DNA of 48,373 bases, taken from contig NC_068983.1 of assembly GCF_001194135.2 (NCBI RefSeq), positions 109,929,830-109,978,202 of the forward strand. Direction: 5' to 3'. Below the pieces are notes generated by a model. The model was not told the DNA's origin. It was given only the letters and a program-made list of their open reading frames with translations, and searched no databases. Of the stretch, positions 12,101 through 23,941 are shown in pieces; positions within the stretch are counted from its first letter, which is position 1, and the number at the start of each line of letters is the position of its first letter. The position numbers were made by a program, and so were the translations under genes. Origin of the DNA: Octopus bimaculoides. Taxonomy: Eukaryota.

Positions 12101-15100
12101 CTTAGAGATGGTTCAATGAACAACATTGTGTATGTTTATTTTAACATTCTATTGATATAAAATGATTTAAATGAATGTAAATAATGCTGTAGCTCATTAG
12201 TTTGTGTCTGGATTATATTTCTAATGATTTAACAAACATATTTCTAGTGGAACAGTGTCTGATATATTTATGGAGAAGTGATGTGTCTCAAGTGTTATTG
12301 AAGGTAGTTTATAGACTTTCTCAGGAACAAAATATATCATTATGGCTTTTTTGTATGTTGCTATGCTGTCTGTTTTTATCAGTTAATGGAATAAATGATT
12401 ACTAGCTTAATGTAAATCAATTGCTTTTCCTTTTGATGTATGATAAGAAATTATCTTGATGACATATTCTTATTTTGCAGTCAGTGATAGAAACATTCCT
12501 TATTATCCATCAAACAAGTGTCTTACTAAACTCTACTTTCTCTTCAAAAACTAATTATTACAATTTTTCTTGTTAATTTAAAGCGAGTTTATTCCTGAAA
12601 TGTAAGTGCATGAGACAGACAATATTTTTTCGTGTCTTTATTTATATATCAAATATATTTTTTCAGATATAAATTTCTTCAGATAGATATCAGTTCTGGC
12701 CTTGAGAAGATGCCTGATATAGTTGCCATGGACCAAACAACAAAAAGCCTAAAGTCTGGATTGCATCGTAAATCTGGCCATAATCTGGCTGGTTCTGTGG
12801 TACAAGGTGATAAATTATTTATCCATCCACAAGAAGTGTTTGGAGTTAGCCTGCAGAACTGGGGTAATTATTATTATTATCATCATTATTATTATTTGCT
12901 TAATGTTTAAAAATATCATTTGATATTGCAAATTAAGGGAGGAGGTATGATGTTTAGTATTTTGTGAAAAAAATATGGTTAGAATTTATCTAAATACATT
13001 TAACTTTTTAATCAACTATAATCTGTGACAAATGATTTTAAAACAACATTGAATCATAGTGTTATTGTTGTATTTCTTTAATTATATCAATTAATTCTAT
13101 TACAAAGTAAACATCTGAGTACTTAAGGATATTCATGATTCAGCATCCAAGATATTCTAGGTTTCAATCTCTGGAGTTAGTTTTGTGAAGTATTATTTAT
13201 CAGTATTTTAAGTATATTTTAGTGACCAGGCAAAGTGGTATGAATCTTGGATCTAACATAAGGCCTGTGTGCCACTGTTGAGTAAATTCCAATAAAGGAA
13301 TCCCAAAACAAATTCTTGACCTGTTAAAATAGCAACCAAAGCTCAGTTTTACTCTACAATCTTAAAAACAGATGGAAATACTGGAAAGTATAGTCGTGAA
13401 TAAAATTTTACTAGAAAAGATGTGATTCTTAAGGATAGAATGCCTTTCAATGATAAATATTTGACATATAAAAGCTCTACAGTTGATGGCTTCAGTATAC
13501 CTGAGAAAATAATATTTAGTTAATGATTGATACAACTGATGCTCAGATTTTATAAGTTTTGATACTGTAAGTTTTACTGAGGATAGCTTGCAACTCATTA
13601 TAATCTGAAGCTACAGAAACAAATTTACACTAAAGCACAATTATCCTGTGTGAAGAGTTAGAGGGATATTTCACTTTATTATTACTACTACAGACAGTGA
13701 GCTGGCAGAATCATTAGCATACTGGGCAGAATGCTTAGTGGCATTTCATCTGTCTCTACATTTTGAGATCAAATTCTGCTGAGGTTGACTTTATCTTTCA
13801 TCATTTCGGAGTTGATAACTTAAGTACAAGTCAAGTACTGGGGTCGATGTTATCAACTATCCTCCTCCCACAAAATTTCAGGCCTTGTGTCTATTGTAGA
13901 AATTATTATTACAACTACAATGCTAAAAATGTAATATTTCTGTGTAGAATAGAAATTATAGATATTAACGATTATTTGAATGAAGATGTTCTACAATTAC
14001 TATTATGATATATATATTTATTACAGCTTTGCAGAATTGTAGTCACGACATCCTGGAGAAGTTGATGATGGTATCCGAAAAGGATGAACCATATATTGAA
14101 ATGACTGATGTTCTAACATCCCATATCCGGGATAACACATACATGATTGTAAATAACAGTGTCACTCCTAAGGCTATATTCCGTGTTCCACGTACGATGT
14201 CTTTGCTGCAGTGGGTTGCTTCTTACGGAAGAATTAAACATGATTCCCTATCTGGTTCCATTCAGCATTCCTCTTCAAGATGGGTGGTTATGCTTGAGGG
14301 AAGTCTTGAAGCTTGCCCTGGTAAGTATTTCATAAAAATGTAGATTTTGCATTCTTGAGCACTTTGATGCATTGCAACTGAACTCCTTGCATTTTCAGAG
14401 ATTTCACCAAGTTCATCTCACTGTTATTGGAAACTTTTCCATTGTTGATGAAAGTGATGCATAGAGGCAGCTTGTATTTTTTCACTATTTTTATAAGCTT
14501 TGTTAGAATTCATATGTGATCTAGTGTATTGTAGTTTTTACAGAAACTTGCATGCTCCCTCAGTTGCTGGTCATCAAGATATTTCAATAGGCTGATGACT
14601 ATGACCTTTGGAAACAGCTTATGAATGAGAGATAAGGTGTTTTCATATATTTGTGTGGGTGTCTGTATGTGAAATTAATCTAGTTTTATACTAATTTATA
14701 TACATACATATATTTCTTTTATCCTTTTACAGGATTCTTTTCTGTGAATCTCACTGACACAACATATTACGACCAGCCATTGTTCCAATATGATTTACTT
14801 GTGGAATGTCCACCCCATTTCCAGTTGACGTTCAGTATACCAACTTCAGATGCAGCAAATGTGGAAAAAGCATTCACGGCTTCCGTCAGGGATGCAAATG
14901 TCACATATCATCTTACTATTCACAGGCCCCCCCAAGACCCACCTGAGAAACAACCAATAACATCTGAAGAAGAAGCACCAGGTAATGTATTAACATTAAA
15001 TTTTTTAATACTTCATGTTTTTTCTACCAGCTCACTAGAATTATTTTTTCAGTCTTTATAAAAGATTTTGATAATTTCCTATGCATGACCTTTGAGCTAT

Positions 15101-18100
15101 GTAAGTTTAATTCTGGTGTGTGGTTTGACAAAGTATGCTGTTTTACCTTCAACTTAATTGGGATTTTAATATAGATGTCACCTACGCATAATCTTTCTCC
15201 ATTGAATATAAACAATATATATATTGTAAGTGAGAAATAAGATAAGTTTGTATGTCATTAGAAAACAGCATGGAAGGCAGACGTTAAATGATGATGATAG
15301 TAAAAATGAATTCAGGCTTTCAATTATTTACATGATCACTTCCTTCACTTTTCATTACTTTCACGTTTCTCTACATTCACACATACACACACACACATAT
15401 ATAATCTAGACGAATGACTGGACAAACAAAAGAACGGCACTCAACACATTTATAGGGAGTTATAATTCAATATGGCTGAAAATTACGTCATGTTTGAAAC
15501 TCTTGGTGTACCAACGAATTAGAATCAAATTATTTTGATCCATATATATGTATAGATAGATAGATGATAGAACACATGCAAAACAAGGAAGATTCTAAAG
15601 TAAGAAGGAGAGGAATAAATAATATATGAAGTTAGACAAATAAAGTATGTGGTGGAAAAAGTGTAGCGAAATGAAATGAAAAAGTTACAATCAAAAAAAA
15701 TATTTACAATTAAAATAAATATGCCAAATGAAAGGAGCCTAAGAAGATATGACATTTCAGATTATACCCTTAAGCAAGGGAAAGTAAAAGTAATAAGAGT
15801 TGGAGAAAAAGAAGTAGAAACAATACCAACTTTACAATTGTTTGTTTACAATGCAGGCTTCGTGGAGAAGGGAAATTGTATAGGGGGATAGCAGGAACAG
15901 AAGTAAAGAGACAATCGGTGTCATATTGAGAATGTGAGAATGAAAGAAAAAAGGGAACAGTGAAGAGCAAAGTATAGAACTAGCTTAGGAAAGGAGATAT
16001 AAGACAAGAGAGGAAGTAGGAACTTCAAGATGTCACTGTATCTATCATAGTATTGTTAAATAGGTTTTCATTTATGTTGATGTTAAATTGCTTCAAATAT
16101 ATATTGTGAAAAATAAGGTTTGTATATCTATCTATGCCATTGTCATTCTTATAATATAATATATCCCTGTTCTATATTTAAGAGATGAGGAATTATGTAC
16201 ATTATTTACCTTAGTTACACTTGACAGATATTTGTCCCCATCTTGTTTATTGTTAACACGTTTCGGCTGATATACCCTCCAGCCTTCATCAGGTGAAATT
16301 TCGAACCTGGGTTCTCATTCCTAAGGTATTTTTCGATATTGTTGTTGTTATTATTATTATTCAGGTCACTGCCTGGAATTGAACTCAAAATCTTGGGATT
16401 AGTATCCCGTGATCTTAACCACTACACCATATGCCCGTAGGCAATTATGGAGTGAATTTTTAGGGCTTATAAATCTAATATTTTCCTATCTTTCCTTAAT
16501 ACCTGTTCCCATAAGGTATTCATATCTGCACTCTATCTGCTTAGGAGGTTGTGTCCTAGCATATGTGCTGGCTGCTTCTTTTAGTTTTCATATTTTCCAT
16601 TGGTGTTCTCTGTCTATTATTTTAACTTCATCCCACAGGGAGAGATGGTCTCCATTTTTCCATACATGATCAGCTATACCCGATTTATCAATATCTCCTC
16701 GTGTTACAGCTTTGTGATGTTCCTCTACCCTTATTTTGAGGAGGCGGCATGTTTCACCTTTGTATAACCTACTACAGCTGCAGTTTTTGGTCATATTCTC
16801 TTCTATTGGTGGTTTTGCCCAAAGGAGATATTTGCGAAGTGTTGTATTACTCTTGAATACCGTCTTGATGTCATATGGGCCGCATATCTTTTGTATCTTT
16901 TTAGAGAGGCCTTTCACATAGGGTAGACAGACTGTAAACAGTTTATTGGTTTCATCCTCTCTTTTCTTTGTAATTGGAGTAGATAGTATGTTTTGGGGGT
17001 AGTTGTTGCTTAATAGATTGTTACTGAGCGTGATCATTTCTTTGTGGTGGAGATATTGATAAATCGGGTATAGCTGATCATGTATGAAAAAATGGAGTCC
17101 ACCTCCCCCTGTGGGATGAAGTTAAAATAATAGACAGAGAACACCATTAGAAAATACGAAAACTAAAAGAAGCAGCACATATGCTAGGACACAACAACCT
17201 CCTAAGCAGACCGAGTGCAGATATGNNNNNNNNNNACACAACAACCTCCTAAGCAGACCGAGTGCAGATATGAATAGCATATAGGAACTGGTATTTAGGA
17301 AGGATAGGAAAATATTAGATTTATAAGCCCTAAAAATTCACTCCATAATTGCCCACAGGCATAAGGCGTAGTGGTTAAGAGCATGGGCTACTAACCCCAA
17401 GATTCCAAGTTCATTTCCAAGCAGTGACCTGAGTAATAATAATAATAACATCAAAAAATACCTTAGGAATGAGAACTCAGGTTTGAAATTTGCCCAAGAC
17501 ACCAAATGAAGGCTGGCCGGTATATCAGCTGAAATGTTGTGTTAACAACAAACAAGATGAGGACAAATATCTATCTGGCAGCTGAAACAACTTATGAATT
17601 GCTCAAATGTAGATATAACATATTTCGATTTTGTAATGGCCTTTGATAAGGCTGATCATAGGATGATATGTCACAAGCTACATGGACTTAGCACAGTTGG
17701 AAAATTGGGGGAGTGGTTACATAACTCAAAAGACAGAAGCCAGTCTGTAGCAACCAATGGAGCCTTATTCAAGCGAACAATAGTGAGAAGAGTACCTCAG
17801 GGTGCTCTCTTAGGGCTACTGTTTTTTCTGGTGGCTCTCTCAGGCATGCCATCAGTTATACAGGTAACCACTCTTACTATGCCTTTGCCTATGCATATAT
17901 ATATATATATATATATATATCTTAAATGCATTTAGTTATATATCACACAGTCACATGTATTTTGCTTATGTATTACTTTTTGCATTTTTTACAGTTGTTG
18001 AAGAAGACGGATATGACAAGAAAAATCCTTTCTTTTCAAGCAGTGGAAGTTTTTTCATTCCATTCATTGCTTCCATTTGTGGTGCTATAATAATTCTCTT

Positions 18101-20629
18101 GTCTGTTGCTGGTTTTGGGATTGTTGCAAGACAAGGTCAGTGAGCATTGACTTATATATTTTAAACACTTGAAATTAAAGTTTTAGTTAATGGATTTAAA
18201 ACTGCATTATGTTCAATAATTTTCTCTGCATATCACATTCATCTGATATTTTGATAAAAATTATTTCTTAACTTTGGCTGCCTGTTTGGAAAGAAAACTC
18301 TGAAATATCTCATTGAACTATAAATCAATAATTTGTTGAGGCATAATTAGAGAGTGCTGGATTTAGAGAAAGGAGAAGTGTTCTGTGTGTGATGTCACCT
18401 GACAACAATACAAGAAATTATTGATGCAGTGTTTTATGAAAGCTAAGCTCTGACTGAGAGTTTGCATAAATCAATGTTTAATTATAGTGATATTGAGTCT
18501 CAGAAATATAGAATTTGAAATATATAATTTTGTTTTTGTGTGTCTATGAATACGACTGATTTGAAGAATTTAATATAAGACATATAGTATTTGATGGCCT
18601 GCCTTATTGTTTTAGGTATTTAAACTCTGTAAGAATATAGTCTGGATTATTAATGAAACAATTATTTATGTGTAAAACCTACTTTACTAGACCTTAGAAT
18701 CATTTGAATCTGTGCATTTTTTATACTGAATCCTAAATGATTAAAGTGAAATATATGAAATATATCTCAACACAAACCATTAAGTAAAATTAGATTTTCA
18801 GTTTTTAATCTGTACTACTAAGAATAGCTATGAATTTGTTGTCCATAAATTTATTAATTTAAAACATATAAAACTTGCTGCATAAAATTATTCATAGACA
18901 GTATGCAAAAGTAAAGGTTAAGAAATGTATACATCAAAGGCCTATGAAAAATATACTTTTTAAAATATGAAATATAACTATTTTTTATGATACCAATAAC
19001 TATTTTTCCTGTCAGTGTGCTTTTAAATTATTAAAGATTTTGCATTTATCCTAAATTATTCTCATTAAAACACATAAATAATTCCAATCAGAAATGATTT
19101 TTTGAGATTTTAGTTGCTTACTATTTCAAATACCTTTGATATCCATAATCAGCAGTTATCTTTACTGTAATATTGAAAGCAAACTTGTTTTGTATATTTA
19201 CATGACTTGATATTGAGGATATTTTAAAAATATCATTACTTAATACATATTAATTATGAAGCAGTTACTTGTAAACCTTATTCTGATATTTGTATATTTT
19301 GTATTTCTTTGATATTCACTGTAACAAGATTTGATGTTTGAGCCTTAGAATTTCAGCTTTCACTAATAAATATTCAAGTAAGGATGCTCTAGCTTACAGT
19401 TGATTTTTGAACTTTTTCATTTGTTTAATTTCATAACACTCTGAGAATGTAAAGAAATCTGTCTCATTTGGCATGGTCATCCCAATCAACCAGTGTTGTT
19501 TAGTCGATTTTGACCACTCTATATGGTCGGCCAACCCCTTTTAAAAATTGAACATACCTTCCCCTACAGCAAATACATGTGAATTGACCAAACCATGCAT
19601 TGTTAGCTAATATCTGTACAGCTGACAACAGTTAACTCATGTGATATAAAGTGTTAATTATCTATTATTAAGTCTTTCTTTCAAGTAACTCCTGTAAATA
19701 TAGTAGTGATTTTTCTCTCAATATGTAAACAGGTGTTGTATATTTAAAACATTTTTCCTCAAGACACTTGAAAAAATTAGCAGTATTATATGTACACATA
19801 AATTACTAACAGAACAAGATATTTTACATAGGTTACGTGTAACACTAACATTTTCAATTAGATTAAGAATTTGATTTTTCAGTTCTATACTTAAGAGATT
19901 TGATTTTTATCATTTAAGAAAAGTTCTAACAGTTTTGTGTGTGTGTTTAACTGAAGATTTAAGCTATACATAAATTTATTTCACAAGCATTTTTTGTGGA
20001 GATTAGGTATCATCAGTGGAAAGAAAAAGAAATAAATCAACCAGTACAGTAGACAGTATTATGTGATTGGAAATTCGTTATCATAAACTTTTAAAGTTAT
20101 TTGAGGAGAATTTACCAGAATATCAATAAATTAAAATGTATCCAAAACCCCTGATTTAGTTTTAGTGGGATAAATTCTGTGAAGCTTTTCCATGATGCAT
20201 ATATTGTACATTTTTGTGACCTTATAGACTAGTTTCATCTGTAATTTCCATTTTTTGTAAAAAATTTTGATTGCAAAGGGCTATGTTCTGTAAAGTGTTT
20301 CCAAAATAATTTGTTGTGCATATACAGTCTACATTTAAACAATTGGTCCATGAACTCCATGGAACAAAAGAGAAATAGATACTACTTAGGATACTCATTT
20401 CCATTACTCAAGAGCAAAATGATCATAAGATATATCATATTTCTAATTTATTAAATTATGTGTATTCTGAAATATTGTTACATCATAAGCATATGTTCAT
20501 TTAAGCAATCTTCCAATTGTATTTCAATTATTGAAATTATTAAGCAAATAGAGATGCAAAAATTCTTTTTTAAAAAAAATATTACTTTATGTAGATTCAA
20601 CTCAAGCAATAATTTTCAAGTAACTTGGC

Positions 20630-20680
<51 letters not shown>

Positions 20681-22345
20681 CCTGTTTGTCTCCACCACCA
20701 TCGCTTGACAACCATTGTTGGTGTGTTTATGTCCCTGTAACTTAACAGTTTGGCAAAGAGATCGATAGAATAAGTACTAGGCTTACAAAGAATAAGTCCT
20801 GGGGTTGATTTGTTCGACTAAAACCCCTGAAGATGGTGCTCCAGCATGGCCACAGTCAAATGACTAAAACAAGTAAAAGAATGTAAGTGATTAAACTCAG
20901 AAACATTCTAAAGAGTGTTGGGATTGTTAATGATTTTCAAACCATTTGTACTTGTAATTACTTAAATGGTTTCTTAGTATTTTAGCTTTTGTGTTACAAA
21001 AATGATATGCTTTAGTTTAATAGCAGATCCAAATATGTTTAAGGTATTGATATTTTGTGTAAAGTATTAAAAAATATATGAAGTGAGAACTTGGTTAAGT
21101 AAAAATATCAGTTGTTGCATTAAGAACTTTTGCATTACATTACATGAACCTGCTGCAATTTTCCTTTTATTCAAAGTTGAGTGCTTTTATTAGATTATTC
21201 TTATATTTTAGAATGCATAACTGGAAATTTCTACAGATTCCTCTGCTAAAAACTTAATATATTTTACCTGAATTCTTCGTAACTGAACAGTTTATGTTTG
21301 GAAGACTGTTCACTTGAAAAAGCACCTGATTCCAGATTTAGTTGTAAATCCGTGAATTTTCAGAAATTTACATATTCTACTTGGAGAAATTGAATTTGAA
21401 AATATTGAAATGTAAAATTTAATGAGACTTTCCAAAATATATTGATATTTTCATGAAGGAACTATGCTATACATTTACTGTCTTTGCATTGCATATAAAT
21501 ACCTTAACTAACTCCAGGCTTTTTGGTTCACAGTTACATTCATTAACCCATGAGTTAATGAAACGGAAAATTATCATTGATAAATTTTCTCAAGAAATAT
21601 AAATTTTTCCAGTCTAATAATTATATGTGAAAAATTAATTTTTATGAGAATAAAATGAAATTTATTTACTGAACAAGATATCTGATTTTTCACTTTAAGA
21701 TGGCAGCTATTGTTTTTACAACTACTACCAAAGATTTGGATCTTGTCGTAAGTGATTACAACCCATAGATTAGCATAGATTTACCTTTAGTCATCAACCT
21801 ATATTCTAAATTACTCTTGCACTATTAGCAAACTTATCTATAAGAAGTGTTTCCCAAAGATCTTTATATTTGCTGAAATCATATCTAAGCAAATGAAAGA
21901 GAAAATTTGCACCTTTGCATTTACACTATCTAAAAATTTATTTCTTTAGAATAGATTCACAATCATTGAATGAATTTTATCTATTCTAACAGTTTAATGC
22001 ATACTTTTCCATGTTAAATTTATCACTTGTCATCTTAGTTTGCTGTCCTTAAAATCATAACTTTTGATAAATGTCATAATATATATATATACAGACATGT
22101 ATAAATACCATCATATATACCTGAATACATACAGGCATTAAAAAAATGTGTATTGAATATTTTACCATTACTTCTGATTATTTATCTAATTAAATACCGT
22201 AAATATTTCTAAGTATTTGATAGGTGATTACTTTCTATGTCTTGCATAATTGCTTTATATAACCTTTAAATTATTAGCACTTAACTGGAAAATATTAAAT
22301 CAAAATGCACCAAACATATTTTGTACCTACTGAAAATGTTGTTTT

Positions 22346-22385
<40 letters not shown>

Positions 22386-23897
22386 TATTCTTAAATGTTA
22401 ACTCTCTTTTGAAAAGGTTGTATTGATGCAAATGAGGTTTCCTTGTTCAACCAACGTCATCTGATGGTATCTGTCATCTACTTCTCATGTCAAATCTTCT
22501 ACTCCACATTGGTTACTCTTACATCATTCATGGTTATTATATATGCCATTAACAAGTAAGTCATATCTAATTCATCTAATACAGCATCTTTATTGAATAT
22601 ACATATATAAATAAATGATAAAATTAATAATTCTAGCACTTATAAATTGGATTTCATTAAAAGTCAAGTACTCATTAACAGTTTTTTTTTTATGTATTTC
22701 AGCCATAAGTTTTGTGTTTTAAATTGCATATTTTATGTAATTGTTTCTGTTCTTTCTCACTATAACCTAAAGTACATGGAAATGTGCTTTTTAAAATTCT
22801 TGTAATTCTGTATTTAGCCTTTTCTGCTAGTTCATTTGCATTAAAAATATCTGCAAACATATTTTTTTTTCTTCATTTGCAATTTTTAGTTGCCAATATT
22901 TTTAGCATTGTTTTAAAAATACAACTTAGGTTAGAGAAGATGTGACAGGCAATATAATTTTAAGAATTCAATAGATAAATGGTAAAAATATGAGATAATG
23001 TCAGATTTTTCAACTTATGACTTTGAAAAGACAGATAACAAATTCTATGTCCCTTTCTGACAGTCTAAAAATAGATTTAATATTGATGTGATATGCATAG
23101 ATAAATCATGTTTTAAAGTCTGGTTGGAAAAAAGTACTAGAGCATGCAATTTTCGAATGAATTGAAGAGTTTTTCACATTGAAACTGTGATGCTGAATTA
23201 TTAGTTATATTTTCCTAAGACTACTTCCTTGAAATCATAATGTATATTAAAAGAAGATTAATGAATAGATAGGTTTGCTGGCTGTGATTAGCTTAAAGGA
23301 AGTTCATAATATTGTCAAGAATGAATAGCATTGGTTGTTAAGTAACAACATTGTGAGCACTCTATATGAAATACCTTCCACTTCCAAAAGAATTCCACCA
23401 GAATACAGAAATTATCTAGCATATTAAAGCAATGAAATGGCTTCTCCCACACCCCTAGAGTTTGATTTAATACATGACTGAATGGACAGAGTAAAGTAGA
23501 ACATGGAGAGATATTTATTTTACCAAAGATGTCAGACCTAGCACTCACTTTCTAGACATTTGTGTGCATTGTCTATGTGCATGTATTTAATATTTAAAAT
23601 TGTTTAATTAAAAAAATATAGAAGTATTTCAATATTTCTATTAATTTCTGTTTCTTAGTTATAATGTTCAGACTTGAATTTTTATATTTTCCATATATCC
23701 TTGTTATTTTCTCCTTTGTCTCTTCTTTTCTTTTGTCAGTTTACAAGATCACTTAAAATTTAGAGATGTCAATTCACTTGTCTATTTCTGTTAGATAAAT
23801 CAAACATTTTAAAAATGTTGGCAGTCCACTAAAAGTTGACTATTAGCTAATATCCGCTTTCCTTTCAAAATGACCTTTCATGGAGTCTATTACATTC

Positions 23898-23941
<44 letters not shown>

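Noticed and set aside
15530-16020. Purine-skewed stretch with ORF 15676-15891
   Set aside because: Probably an old retroelement relic, but no motif could be identified, so it is not called
17189-17272. Exact 37-bp direct repeat on both sides of a 10-N gap
   Set aside because: Typical unmerged contig overlap, and the inverted arm has only one copy
16362-17431. tRNA-like and A/B-box sequences as real tRNA genes (also the SINE heads)
   Set aside because: They lack a clean cloverleaf and sit inside mobile elements
21290-21400. Protein-like frames on both strands upstream of exon 7
   Set aside because: Plus-strand phases do not fit the model, and the minus-strand frame starts at a stop without an acceptor
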